Origin: Octopus bimaculoides | Taxonomy: Eukaryota | DNA: 54,631 nt | Assembly: GCF_001194135.2 (NCBI RefSeq) | Contig: NC_068986.1 | Span: 60,454,836-60,509,466 of the forward strand | Reading direction: 5' to 3' | Part shown: piece by piece, positions 1 through 12,658 of the stretch | Layout of the letters: every line of letters starts with the position of its first letter | Position numbering within the stretch: position 1 is the stretch's first letter | Notes under the pieces: model-generated | Database searches by the model: none | Told to the model about the DNA's origin: nothing | The model's input: only the letters and a program-made list of their open reading frames with translations | Position numbers and translations under genes: made by a program

Positions 1-340
1 CGGAATTCATTGCTGTACTCATTTCCAACCCTCACCTTACTGGCAGCATCTCTGTACATGGCTCGCACAGCTCTCACTAACCATTTTTCTATCCCAAGTT
101 TCCCCATTGACCACCAGATAAGGGATCGGGGGACCCTGTCAAAGGCTTTCTCCATGTCAACGAAAGCCAGGTACAGAGGTTTATCCTTGGCTAGGTATTT
201 CTCCTGCAGCTGTCTTACTAGAAATAAGGCATCAGTAGTGCTTTTACCTGGCACAAACCCAAACTGCATCTCATCTAAATTGATTCGCTCCCTAATTAGT
301 TGGGCTATGACCCTCTCTGTAACTTTCATAACCTGATCTA
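1..340 (-). mobile_element. RTE-clade LINE, reverse transcriptase fragment (continues left of window)
   Basis: Minus frame reads ...MQFGFVPGKSTTDALFLVRQLQEKYLAKDKPLYLAFVDMEKAFDRVP..., RT domains 2-3; near-duplicate of 2300-2660; ends abruptly in a TA-rich tract. Confidence 0.9.
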
Positions 341-344
341 ACAT

Positions 345-424
345 CTTGATGCCTCTATATATAGCTATATATATATTTACATATATAATTGATATATATA
401 TGTATATATAACAATATATATATA
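345..424. repeat. Degenerate (TA)n microsatellite between two RTE copies
   Basis: Interrupted TA dinucleotide tract. Confidence 0.85.
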
Positions 425-3119
425 TCATCATCATTTAACGTCTGCTTTCCATGCTAGCATGGTTTGGACAATTTGACTAAGGACTGGAAAACCAGATGGC
501 TGCACCACGTTCCAATCTGATCTGGCAGAGTTTCTACAGCTGGATGCCCTTCCTAATGCCAACCACTCCGAGAGACTAATGGTTGCTTTTACGAGCCACT
601 GGCACGAGGGCCAGTCACACGTTACTGGCAACGGCCACGCTCAAATGGTATTTTTTACATGCTACCTGCACAGGAGTCAGTCCAGCAGCACTGGCAACAA
701 CCTCACTTGAATGTTTTGTTTACGTGCCACCGGCACAAGTGCCAGTAGGGCAACGCTGGTAACGATCATGCTCAAATGGTACTTTTTATGTGCCACTGGC
801 ACGGAAGCCAGACAGTTGCTCTGGCAGTGATAATGCTCGGAGGGTGCTGTTAGCGTTCCACTGGTACGGGTGCCAGTTATCGAATTTGGTTCAATTTTGA
901 TTTCACTTGCCCCAACAGGTCTTCGCAAGCAGAGTTTAGTGTCCAATGAAGGAAGGTTGGTATGGGTTCCAGTTGTCGAATTTGGTTCGATTTCGATTTC
1001 ACTTGCCTCAACACGTCTTCACAAGCAGGGTTTTGTGTCCAAAGAAAGAAAGGTACACATAAGTGGGCTGACTACACCTCTGGTAAAGGCCATGGGTTAT
1101 GGTCTCACTTGTCTTGCCGGGTATTCTCACATACAGCATTTTTCCAAAGGTCTCGGTCACCAGTCATTGCCTCAATGAGGCCTCATGTTCGAAGGTCATG
1201 CTTCACCACCTCATCCCAGGTCTTCCTGGGTCGACCTCTTCCACAGGTTCCCTCAACTGTTAGGGTGTGGCACTTTTTCACACAGCTATCCTCATCCATT
1301 CTTGCCACATGCCCATACCAGCGCAATCGTCTCTCTTGCACACCACAACTGATGCTTCTTAGGTTCAACTTTTCTCTCAAGGTACTTACACTCTGTCTAG
1401 TATACACACTGGCATTACACATCCATTGGAGCATACTGGCTTCATTCCTTATGAGCCTACGCATGTCCTCAGCAGTTACAGCCCATGTTCCACTGCCATG
1501 TAGTATGGCTGTTTGTACACATGCATCATACAGTCTGCCTTTTACTCTGAGTGACAGTCCCCTTGTCACCAACAGAGGTAAGAGCTCTCTGAACTTTGCC
1601 CAGGCTATTCTCATTCTAGTAGCTACACTTTCAGCACATCCTCCCCCACTACTAACTTGGTCACCAAGATAGCGGAAGCTATCAACCACTTCTAGTTTTA
1701 CTCCCTGGAATGTGGCAGAAGTTGTTTTCTGCACATTTACAGTGTTTATAGCTCCTGAACATCTGCTACAAGCGAAAATTAACTTCCTAGTTAACCTTCC
1801 TTTGATATTGCTGCACCTCTTATGTGTCCATAGCTTACACTGGGTGCATCTTATAGAGTTACTACCTACGCCTTTCTACAGATCAAGCAGGGCCATCTAC
1901 CTGAAGGGGTTTGTGTTTTGTCTACCTTCCTACTTATTAGGACTTTGGTTTTAGCTAGGTTGACTCTAAGGCCCTTCGATTCTAGTCCTTGCTTCCACAC
2001 CATAAACTTCTCCTCTAGTTCTGATAGTGACTCAGCAATTAGTGGAAGGTCATCAGCATAGAGGAGCATCCTGTATTGAATTCCTCTGTTATAGCCTGGT
2101 GGACTATGATAAATAGGAGGGGGTTGAGGACAGAACCTTGGTGGACCCCTACCTCCACCCGGAATTCATTGCTGTTCTCATTTCCACAATTAGTGCAAGG
2201 TCATCAGCTTAGAGGAGCTCTCAGGGGCAACCTGTCTTGAATTCCTCTGTGATCGCCTGGAGGACTATGATAAATAGGATGGGGCTGAGGACAGAACCTT
2301 AGTGGACCCTACCTCTACCCGGAATTCTTCACTGTACTCATTGCCAACCCTCACCTTACTAACAGTGTCTCTGAACATGGCTCGCACAGCTCTCACTAAC
2401 CATTCTTCTATCCCTAGTTTCCTCATTGACTACCAGATGAGGGATTGGGGGACACTGTCAGAGGCTTTCTCCATGTCAACAAAAGCCAGGTACAGACGTT
2501 CATCCTTGGCTAGGTATTTCTCCTGAAGCTCTCTTACCAGAAATATAGCATCAGTGGTGCTTTTCGCAGGCACGAACCCAAACTGCATCTCATCTAAACT
2601 GACTCACTCCCTAAGTAGTTGGGCTATGACCCTCTCCGTGACTTTCATTACCTGATCTAAAAGCTTGATACCTCTGTAATTATTTGTATCTAAAGCATCA
2701 CCTTTACCTTTGTAGCAGTTGACTATGGTGCTGCTACACCAGTCATTGGGTATGACTCCGTGTATCACTTGGTTAACAATACAGGTGACTAGGCTATAGC
2801 CGACACTGCCAGATATTTTGAGCATCTCTGCACTGATTCCAGATGGGCCGGGGGCCTTCCCTGTCTTCATACTCTTAATTGCTTTATCTACCATGGTACT
2901 GTCAACTCGGATAGCTGGTCCCTCTGTTGGTTCGACATTCGGCAGACTCTCTTTCTCCCTTTCATTCTCCTTATTGAGCAATCTTTCGCCGTGGGGTCTC
3001 CAAACCTCTTTCTTTGCAGCCTCGTTTAGTGCAAGCGTACCATCATCCATGCGAACACATTTCTCTCCCACGACATCACAATTCTCTCTCACACACTGTC
3101 TTGCAACACGAAATATGGT
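425..3119 (-). mobile_element. Degenerate RTE-clade LINE (RT through 3' UTR and (GAT)n tail), truncated by assembly gap; probably two copies joined at ~2186
   Basis: ORFs 2604-3092 (KAPGPSGI..NYRGIKLL), 1866-2069 (LLYADDL), 1183-1734 (FRYLGD..RRLRWYGHV..RGRPRKTW); 3' end CCATGCTAGCATGGAAAGCAGACGTTAAATGATGA shared with other copies in the window. Confidence 0.92.
590..835. repeat. 66-bp minisatellite (4 units) in RTE 3' UTR
   Basis: GCCAGT..ACTGGC motif recurs at about 610, 676, 741 and 807. Confidence 0.8.
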
Positions 3120-3868
3120 NNNNNNNNNNNNNNNNNNNNNNNNNNNNNNNNNNNNNNNNNNNNNNNNNNNNNNNNNNNNNNNNNNNNNNNNNNNNNNNNN
3201 NNNNNNNNNNNNNNNNNNNNNNNNNNNNNNNNNNNNNNNNNNNNNNNNNNNNNNNNNNNNNNNNNNNNNNNNNNNNNNNNNNNNNNNNNNNNNNNNNNNN
3301 NNNNNNNNNNNNNNNNNNNNNNNNNNNNNNNNNNNNNNNNNNNNNNNNNNNNNNNNNNNNNNNNNNNNNNNNNNNNNNNNNNNNNNNNNNNNNNNNNNNN
3401 NNNNNNNNNNNNNNNNNNNNNNNNNNNNNNNNNNNNNNNNNNNNNNNNNNNNNNNNNNNNNNNNNNNNNNNNNNNNNNNNNNNNNNNNNNNNNNNNNNNN
3501 NNNNNNNNNNNNNNNNNNNNNNNNNNNNNNNNNNNNNNNNNNNNNNNNNNNNNNNNNNNNNNNNNNNNNNNNNNNNNNNNNNNNNNNNNNNNNNNNNNNN
3601 NNNNNNNNNNNNNNNNNNNNNNNNNNNNNNNNNNNNNNNNNNNNNNNNNNNNNNNNNNNNNNNNNNNNNNNNNNNNNNNNNNNNNNNNNNNNNNNNNNNN
3701 NNNNNNNNNNNNNNNNNNNNNNNNNNNNNNNNNNNNNNNNNNNNNNNNNNNNNNNNNNNNNNNNNNNNNNNNNNNNNNNNNNNNNNNNNNNNNNNNNNNN
3801 NNNNNNNNNNNNNNNNNNNNNNNNNNNNNNNNNNNNNNNNNNNNNNNNNNNNNNNNNNNNNNNNNNNN
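3120..3868. other. Assembly gap (N run) followed by (TA)n
   Basis: Ns; other gaps at about 9205-9320, 12558-12567, 13722-14213, 31533-32201, 33527-33643, 36216-36355, 45253-45262, 45790-46091. Confidence 1.
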
Positions 3869-4117
3869 TATATATATATATATATATATATATTCCTGCT
3901 GACTAGTTCTTCCATTATTTCTAACTATTGTGTTTATGGCCTTACTGATATGTAAATGCTTCCAAGAGTACTGGCTTTGGTGTATTGCTAGGTTTACTTT
4001 GTGAAATAGAAATCTATAGGCACAATATGGGAGAACTAGATGTAAACTGGTACAAAATATATAACAAACATTTGTGGTGTCTTTTGGAAATATAATTTGG
4101 AAAATGTGACAACATAC

Positions 4118-4211
4118 CTCTTTCATGGTTCTCAACCTGATGAATTGATTGTAGTAAAGTTAGCACTTCTCGAGCTGTATCTTCCAGGTCATTCACAGCT
4201 TCTCTGATTTT
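4118..4211 (-). CDS. TSN: Translin coding exon 2 (94 nt, phase 0 to phase 1): KIREAVNDLEDTAREVLTLLQSIHQVENHER
   Basis: Acceptor ttgctttctacag|AAA and donor AGAG|gtatgt; peptide aligns by eye to human translin EIRKVVQSLEQTAREILTLLQGVHQ; splices in frame to the exon at 14935-15012. Confidence 0.93.
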
Positions 4212-4689
4212 CTGTAGAAAGCAATAACACAAATTTCAATTGAGCAAGGCCTTTTCTCAAAAATTTCATGGAGTTGATATTGAAACATTATACACATTTT
4301 TCATTTTCATTTTTTGCTTTCATAAAGGGGGAAGAGTAGGATTTGTAACCCCATTTTAGAGTCTCTTACACTGGAAGGAAGAAGGGGATAAGTTATAAAA
4401 TAACTTGAGACCTGGTTGGAATGCTTGCAACAGAATGGAATCTGCTAAAGATACTCGAAGACCAGGCGATCGTTTTAAACCAGATGATAGGTTACCAGCC
4501 AAGAGAAAGAGACCCTATGGTGAGTTTCCAGTTTCTGTTTACAAAATTTCACTCAAAAGATATAGGCTGACCCAAGCCTGTGGTAAAAGATACTTTGCCA
4601 AATACCAACACAGTGGAATCAAATCCAGAACCATGCATTTATAAAGTAAACTACACAAACAAATGACTACTCTGCCAATCTAAATATTA

Positions 4690-7437
4690 ACTGTATAGTT
4701 GTACATTATTGAAAGATATTGCTTCTCTTTCTCTTCTTCCTCTTTACCAGAAGGACTCTCACAATCATATGCATTGCTTGGGCATCTTTGCTTGTGTCAG
4801 TCTTCCCATCATTTGTAAGGAAGATCTTGAGGTTCCTCCACAGTTTTTCATGTATTTTCAACTTCCTCTTCTGCACTCAACTAGCTACTTGTTCTTTCTC
4901 TATCATTCGCCATCTTTTCAAAATTGTTCTGTTATACAGTCTGTTTCTGACAGCATTGATAAGGTTCTCTTGTTTCATAACTCTGCGAATATATTCATCT
5001 TTGGTGATTTTAATATTCACCATGAAGAGTAGCTTAGGTTTTCTCACAGCACTAGTGCATCTGGCATTGAAAAGTATAATTTTGCACTTTCTCAATCACT
5101 CACACAACTCGTTCACTTTCCCACTTGCACTCCTGATTGTGATGACCAATCTTCCTCCTTCCTTGATCTCTTTTTGGCATCAAATCCTGATATCTGTAAG
5201 GCTTATCAAGATTCTCCACTCGGAGGATCTGATCATGTTGTTGTTTCACTGAATTGTTTTGCTGCCAAAGAGTCCCCGATTCAGTGTACTCTATTCAACT
5301 ATGATCCTGGTGACTGAGATAAATTTCGTGACTTTCTTCATGACATTCCTTGGACCAATATGTTTGCTAAACCTGCTGAGGCCTGTGCTGGGGAAGTTAC
5401 TACTTGGATTTCCGCTGGTAATAACACCTCCATACCATCTCACAAATACCAGCTGAAACTGCATTCCTCACCTTAGTTTTCTCCTGCTTGTGCTGCTGCT
5501 ATCGCCCATCGTAATCATTTTTTCCACCAGTTTCAGCGAGATAATTCTGCAGTGAATAAACTCACCAATGCTCACAATCACTGTAGGGCTGTCATTCATA
5601 ATGCTAAATCAGACTACGAGCAGTGCATTCATAATCGTATATCATCCTAGAAAGTAGGCTCTCATGACTTCTGGAGAATTATTAAAAGTGTTAGAGGTAA
5701 CAATAAGTCTTCTATTCCTTCTATATTCAACGGACCTGAAGTCTTGACAACATCTAATGATAAAGTAGAGCTCTTTGCTCAACTGTTTAGTTCTCACTTT
5801 ATTCTTGACAACTCTGGTCATCTACTTCCTGATGTTTTTCTCAAAACTGATAAACTGTTACACAGTTGTCATATTACTTTTGCTAAGGTTGCAGCCATTG
5901 TGGCACAGTTGGATCCATGAAAAGCAACTGGACCTGATGGTATTTCAGTCATTGTTCTTCAGAAGTGCTCTCCTGAGTTGTCTTCTGTCTTATCTAGGCT
6001 CTGCTGAAAGTGTATCTCAGAATCTTGTTTTCCTTCTTTGTGGAAATTCCCAACTGTTGTTCCTGTCGTTAAGAATTATGGTGATTGATCTAATCGTCAT
6101 AATTATAGGCCAATTAGTCTACTACCAATCATCAATAAGGTTTTTGAGTCCTTGATTAATGTCTCTCTTGTAAAATATCTTGACTCAAATTGTTTATTCT
6201 CAATATGGTCTACTGCTGATCTTCTCACTGTTATATCCAAGCGTGTTTATCGTACTTTGAATGTACCTGGTCAAGCTAGGGCAGTAGCTTTTAATATCTC
6301 TAAGGCATATGATAGAGTTTGGCATGCTGGGCTTCTATGGAAGCTCCAATCTTTTGATGTGTCAGGTTTCATGCTGAACATCATCTCCTCTTTCCTTTAT
6401 AACCGTAGGATCAAGGTAGTCCTTGATGGTCAATCTTCATCTAGTTAATTTATTAATGTTGGGGTTACTCAAGGATCTGTCCTGGGCCCAACTCTCTTTT
6501 TTTTATCAATGATCTGCCTGATCATATCACTTGTCAGCTAGTAACCTATGCTGATAACTCTACTTTGTACCCTTGTTTGGACAAATCTGACAACTTGTCT
6601 GATAAGGTTGAGATCACTGCTAACCTTGAGAATGCTCTTCGATTTATTGTTGAGTGGGGTAGGAAATGGCTTGTAACAGTTAATCCATTGTAATCTAAAC
6701 TTCTGTCTAAACATCCTTTCTTGCCATCGGTTTCGATGGTTGGTATTGACTTACCCGAGAGTCATTCTCTTCGTCTCCTAAGAGTGACTTTCTGTAATGA
6801 TTTTTCATGGATTACTTACATTGAATCTACTGCCAGATCAGCTGCAATGAAGGTAGGCCCACTCCTTTGCTCAAGGAGTTATCTCACTCCTGAGACTATG
6901 CTTTACCTTTATAAGTCCACCATTCACCCCTGCATTGAGTACTGTTGTCACATATGGGCAGGTGCTCCTGCGGATTGTTTAACTCTGTTGGACTGCATTC
7001 AACACTGTATTTGTAATGCTATTGGTCCTGATCTATCTTCTAAATTGGATTCCCTCTCTCATCGTCATCGGGTGGCTTTCTTGTCTCATTTCTAGAAGTA
7101 TTTTCATGGACATTGTTCAGCTGAGTTCTTTTCTCTGGTTCCTCCTTTAAGAACTTATCAGCAATCAACGAGACCTGCATCCAGTTCTCATCAATATACT
7201 GTGCAACCTCCTAAGTGTTGTAAAGCACTTTACAGTACCAGTTTCTTCCTTCGCACCTCCGAACTTTGGAAATCCCTTCCACAGTTTTGTTTCCCTCTTC
7301 AATATGACCTCTAGTTTTTAAGTGTAATGTACATCATCACCTACTGACTTCTGTCTAGCATCCATTTTATTCTACTAGCTCTTACATTTTCAGTGGTCTA
7401 ATGACCTTGTAACGAGTGAACGCTTTAAAAAAAAAAA
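4690..7437 (+). mobile_element. Degenerate CR1/L2-group LINE (APE endonuclease + RT) in TSN intron 1, antisense to TSN
   Basis: IFIFGDFNIHH, LGGSDH, KATGPDGI, NYRPISLL, ISKAYDRVWH, QGSVLGP, YADN and C-terminal IHPCIEYCCHIWAGAP across broken frames; ends in a poly(A) run at ~7426-7437. Confidence 0.88.
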
Positions 7438-7689
7438 CAAGTTCCACAAAGAAGGCTTTTAGCTTTTTTTCAAAGACTTGAAGATTCCTTATCAGCTAGT
7501 GGTAATATACTTCATATTTAGGAAACATACTTTTTTATTTATCTTTACCTATGACTTTTTTACAAAGTGAAATTGGGTAAATTTCCACTAACAAATATTA
7601 ATACAAAGAGATATTTTTTTAAGTACATGAGCTCTTTCATGAATAAAAAATGAAGGCTGATCAATGTGGATGATACTATTGTTATCAGT

Positions 7690-7780
7690 TTTATTCTTTT
7701 ACTTGTTTCAGTGGCCTTGCTAGGGCACCACCTTGAGGGCTTAGCCAAACAGGGTGACACCAGTGCTTATTTTTGATTGT
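7690..7780 (-). mobile_element. SINE 3' fragment
   Basis: cttttacttgtttcagtggcc..agggcaccaccttgaggg resembles the tail of the SINE at 29685-30005. Confidence 0.5.
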
Positions 7781-8018
7781 CTAATGTACTGAAAATGTTC
7801 ACACCTAAAAGAAATATGACAAAGACTCGTTAACTACTTCAATTCTTTTTGCTTCATCCGAACTGCTGAGGTAATGCAAAAAATGTCCCCCCAAATTTAA
7901 GATTTGATTTAAAACACAAAGATTAAGATTCCTATCATTGTTGTTTTTGCTGAGAATGAAATAGAGTAAAATTAAAATAGGTCCAAGATAAACTAGTATA
8001 GAGCCAAAAGAGAAAGAT

Positions 8019-9090
8019 TCATCATCATCGTCATTTAAAGTCTGCTTTCTATGCTAGCATGGGTTGGATGGTTTGACTAAGGATTGACAAGCCAGAAGGC
8101 TGTACCAGACTCCAATCTGATCAGGCAAAGTTTCTACAACTGGATGCCCTTCCTAATGCCAATCACTCCAAGAGTGTAGTGGGTGCTTTTTACTTGTCAC
8201 TGGCATGAGGGCCAGTCAAGCGGTACTGGCATTGACCATGCTTGAATGGTGCTTTTTTACATGCCACCGGCACAGGAGCCAGTCAGGCGGCACTGGCAAC
8301 GACCACATTTAAATGATGCTTTTTACATGCCACTGGCACGGGAGCCAGTCAGGCAGCACTGGCATCGACCACACTTGAATGGTGCTTTTTATGTACCACC
8401 AGCATAGGTGCCAGTCAGATGGTACTGGCATCGGCCACGACAATGATTTCACTTGACTCAACAGGCCTTCACAAGCACAGTTTATTACCCAATGATTGCA
8501 GGGTACTCTTAAATGGGCCGGTTATGCTGCACTGACATAGGCTACAGTTACGGTCTCACTTGGCTTGCCGGGTCTTCTCAAGCACAGCATCTCTCCAAAG
8601 GTCTTGGTCACTCATCGTCACCTCCATGAGACTTAAGGTCTTCCTGGGTCTACCTCTTCCACAGGTTCCCTCTACTGCTAGGGTGTGACACTTATTCACA
8701 CAATTATCCTCATCCATACACAACACATGACCATACCAGCACAGTCATCTCTCTTGCACACCACATCTGATGTTTCTTAAATCCAACTTTTCTCTCAGGG
8801 TGCATACACTCTGTCGTGTATGCACACTGACATTACACATCCAGCGGAGCATACTAGCTTCATTCCTTGCAAGCTTACGCATGTCCTCAGCAGTCATGGC
8901 CCATGTTTCACTGCCATGTAGCATGGCAGTTCGCACACATGCATCATACAGTCTACCTTTTACTCTGAGTGAGAGGCCCTTTGACAGCAGAGGTAGGAGC
9001 TTTCTGAATTTTGCCCAGGCTATTCTTATTCTAGCAGCTACACTCTCAGAGCATCCACCTCCACTACTGACTTGATCACCTAGGTAACAG
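8019..9090 (-). mobile_element. 5'-truncated RTE LINE (RT C-terminus + 3' UTR), same family as 425-3119
   Basis: MRTAMLHGSETWAMTAEDMRKLARNEASMLRWMC; identical 3' tail architecture; 66-bp repeat x4 at 8195-8435. Confidence 0.9.
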
Positions 9091-9959
9091 AATCTATCAA
9101 CTACAATGAATAATAATGTAAAAAAGTAAAGAATAAAGTAAAGTCAAATAAAATAATATGTAGTGTTGTAAATACTCTGGGGTCTTGAATAATCCCCCCC
9201 CCCCNNNNNNNNNNNNNNNNNNNNNNNNNNNNNNNNNNNNNNNNNNNNNNNNNNNNNNNNNNNNNNNNNNNNNNNNNNNNNNNNNNNNNNNNNNNNNNNN
9301 NNNNNNNNNNNNNNNNNNNNCACACACACACACACACACCTGCTTTTATTTCCCACTCCCCCTGTTAATTAATTTTCCAGATTTTTTTTTGACTGACACA
9401 AATTGTGAATCAGCATGACAAAAAAAAAAAAAAACAGATGACAGGAATGGGAAGGAAACCTAGAGTGTTCTATTTGTTTTCATAACGAATGAAAGAAAAA
9501 TATTTATCCATAGTATATGTAGCCAATGTTCATGTGAGTAAGCCTTCAACATTTTAGGGTACTGATAACCTTCAACCCTAAAAAGATCAAGCATTTAGAG
9601 ACACAACACACCTGCTTCCAGTCACATAGAAAACAAGGAAATTGCTGTCAGAAAATATGCTTTACAACCAGCCAGAGTTTATAAAAACTTGAGACTGGAC
9701 AACTGCCCCAGTCTGTAACATACATACGATTTTACTGCTACTCCACACTGTAGTCAACAAATCTTCATTTTCAATTTCTCTACTAATTTTCAACTTCATT
9801 TTCAATTTCTCTACTAATTGCCAACACAAATTCCACGCAAACTAAGAACTTCAATGACGAACTGTTTATCTTTACAGGGCAAGCTTTTTACGGAATAAGG
9901 ATTTAACAACATCAACACGACTCAAGTACTTTCTCTTTGAACTTCTTTTCATAACATCA

Positions 9960-10600
9960 TGGCAGAAAAACGAGTATTTCGTGGTGTAACGTATGGAAAT
10001 TATTCTATAGAAGAAAAGCAAACAATTGCTATTGTAGTGAACAAATGCAAAGAGGAGTATAATTCTGAATTAGAGCAAATGAAAGAGAAAACTCATTGGA
10101 ATGCTAAAAGGAAATGCCCCCAGACACCTTGAAACAGCGTTTGTTTGTTTTACTTGAATTTGGTTGGTGTCAAAAACTCTGATTTGATTTTGCAGTTAAA
10201 GTAGCCAAACAGTGCTATGAAAAATATCTAAAAGGCAAACTTGACAGTGCTGAAAAAATCCAAAGAAACGTTTAAGAGTCGCTGGAGGAGGTAGTAACAT
10301 CGCTGCATGCGAGATTACCACAAGCTCTTTTCCTATTACAGGATGAGAAATTTTATGAGTGGATTTGCCAACACCCAGACACACCAACTGAGGAAAAGCT
10401 TTGTTTTTCAAAAAGCAACAAAAAGCTGGATAAAAGATTGGCAAAAACAATATGGGGTAGCACAGAAATTTCCAAACAAATGTATTTCAATCTCCAAAGA
10501 GCAATGTGTTGAGCGCATTCAGGATTACTTGAAGAACATATGGAGTGTGTGACGTCATTTCCTTGACAAATTTGGCATAGATCCTCCTATGCCTTCATCT
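9960..10600 (+). mobile_element. Decayed DNA-transposon transposase N-terminal fragment (pogo/Tigger-like)
   Basis: Frameshifted reading MAEKRVFRG..YSIEEKQTI..; SWIKDWQKQYGVAQKFPNKCISISKEQCVERIQDYLKNIWSV resembles a CENP-B-type HTH region; no TIRs identified. Confidence 0.5.
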
Positions 10601-11269
10601 GGCATACACTACACCATTATTTTATGTGCTACATAATCACTACATTACATAGAAGATAAACCCTAAGTAGGGATGGGGGAACATTAAACCATTGGAGGTG
10701 TTCATGGGAGAGATATCTGATAGAGGTCAGAGGATAGAGACTTCCAGTACAGGTGGTGGGAGTGAGAAGGGCAAGCGCACTGCGAAACAGTAAAAACTTA
10801 GGCTGCCGGTGTGAGAGAATATTAATGATAATAATGAGATAGAATTGGGCATTTGAATTTTTAACCAGAACTATAACATAGTTTTCAGTCAGCCAAACTG
10901 TGATAAAATTAGGTAAATGAATGAATAAATGACAATAATAAATGAGCGTGAAAGAGGGGGTGAGAGAGGGAGAGTTGGATTGAGTGAAGGGATCTTAAGT
11001 TTTTTCTCTAAACATACTGCATGGAAGAAACTGTGTTTACATAGATAGATAATGAAATAGATAAATAACGAAATGAAATAATAAAGAAATTATAATTTGT
11101 GCTGAAAAAGAGGTCTTAGATGTGTGCTAGGTTGGAAAACTAGGTTGCATATCTGAACATCTGATTTCTACTCTGTGTGGCAAGGTATTAAAATATAATG
11201 TAGCGGAATCTCTATGAGCTAGTTTATATAGGGTGGGGTGGGGGGAAAGAAGGTAAAGTGTTGGGAGAT

Positions 11270-11727
11270 ACAGAAATATCGACGACTGGCACCCATGCCA
11301 ACGTTGTCTCCTTCATTGGACACGAAACTCGGCTTGCGAAGACCTGTTGGGGCAAGCAAAAGCGAAATCGTGATGGCACCTGTGCCCAGCGTCGCCTTCC
11401 TGGCACTTGTGCAAGTGACACGTGTAAAGACATTCGAGCAAGATCGTTGCCAGTGCCGCTGGACTGGCTCCTTTGCAGGTGGCACATAAAATACACCATT
11501 TTTATCATGGCTGTTGCCAGTACCGCCTAACTGGCCTTCATGCTGGTGGCACGTAAAAGCACCCACTACACTCTCAGAGTGGTTGGCGTTAGGAAGGGCA
11601 TCCAGCTGTAGAAACTCTGCCAAATCAGATTGGAGCCTGGTGTAGCCATCTGGTTCACCAGTCCTCAGTCAAATCGTCCAACCCATGCTAGCATGGAAAG
11701 CGGACATTAAACGATGATGATGATGAT
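11270..11727 (+). mobile_element. RTE 3' UTR-only copy
   Basis: Reverse complement of the 425-960 type sequence, ending CCATGCTAGCATGGAAAGCGGACATTAAACGATGATGATG then TA-rich sequence. Confidence 0.88.
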
Positions 11728-11777
11728 ATATGTATATATGCAGTTGTCCCTCCAGCACCCTAAATTATAATTAGTTC

Positions 11778-11842
11778 TGTCAAATCCGCTCACAAGGCTT
11801 TGGTTGCAAAGCAAGCTTCTTACCAAACAGCCACGCCTACGC
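11778..11842 (-). mobile_element. Internally deleted tRNA-derived SINE head
   Basis: aaatccgctcacaaggctttggtt..gcaagcttcttaccaaacagccac matches the head type of 29685-30005. Confidence 0.6.
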
Positions 11843-12626
11843 CTATGTACACACACACACACATACCATTTGAGTGTTGATATATGTATGCATGTGTTTA
11901 CCTATATGCGAGTCCACCTGATTTCTTTCGCTGTAAAATACTTCCTACCGAAGTTTCTCTTTAATTTCCATTGGAATGTGCATGCAAGTATACTTGTTAC
12001 TTTAGCTCTTTGACAGACCTGACCGAGCGGACCTAATATTGAAGGTGTTCTAATTCTGGCAATCTAGCCGCTTTATATATAAAGGATTACATTGCTCAGT
12101 GTGTCCTTTATTTAGGGCATGGTGCTATTTCTGTAGATTGAGTGACCACATTTATGCTTTCTCATCAACTCTGTAATAGTATTGCTTAGCCTTGTTCAGC
12201 TCTGAGCCTATGATGAAAGATATTCCAGCCATGAACATTCTTTCTTTGACAGCGTTTGGAATCAGGACGCCCACTAAGTTAGATTTTCTCCGTTTTGACA
12301 GGGATTTTTCCAATTTTTTTGTGGTCAATATAAAGATCCTCACCCGGGGGGAAAAAAAAACTAACTAGCCTGGAGGGTGTTAACAAGTATGTGGAAAACA
12401 AAAATGAAAAAAAAAACATGCATCAAAACTTCTAGTATAATGGATATATATTGATCTTTTTTACAGAATCCCACGTTTTTGGTTATGGAGGATCGGATTC
12501 TGAAAAAACAATTTTCAAAAAATCGCATTTTCAAATTTCAATTCCCCCTCACTTTTCNNNNNNNNNNGAAAAATATGAAGATTACGATTCTGAAAAAAAA
12601 TTGGTTTGTAAAATTTCAAATTTAAA

Positions 12627-12654
<28 letters not shown>

Positions 12655-12658
<4 letters not shown>

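Noticed and set aside
590-835. CRISPR-like regularly spaced repeats (also 8195-8435)
   Set aside because: The whole 66-bp unit is repeated with no unique spacers, in a eukaryotic LINE 3' UTR with no cas genes.
2818-4135. Long ORFs of 200-370 aa here and at 13596-14298, 31143-32359 and 45658-46266
   Set aside because: They are artefacts of translating N gaps and microsatellites.
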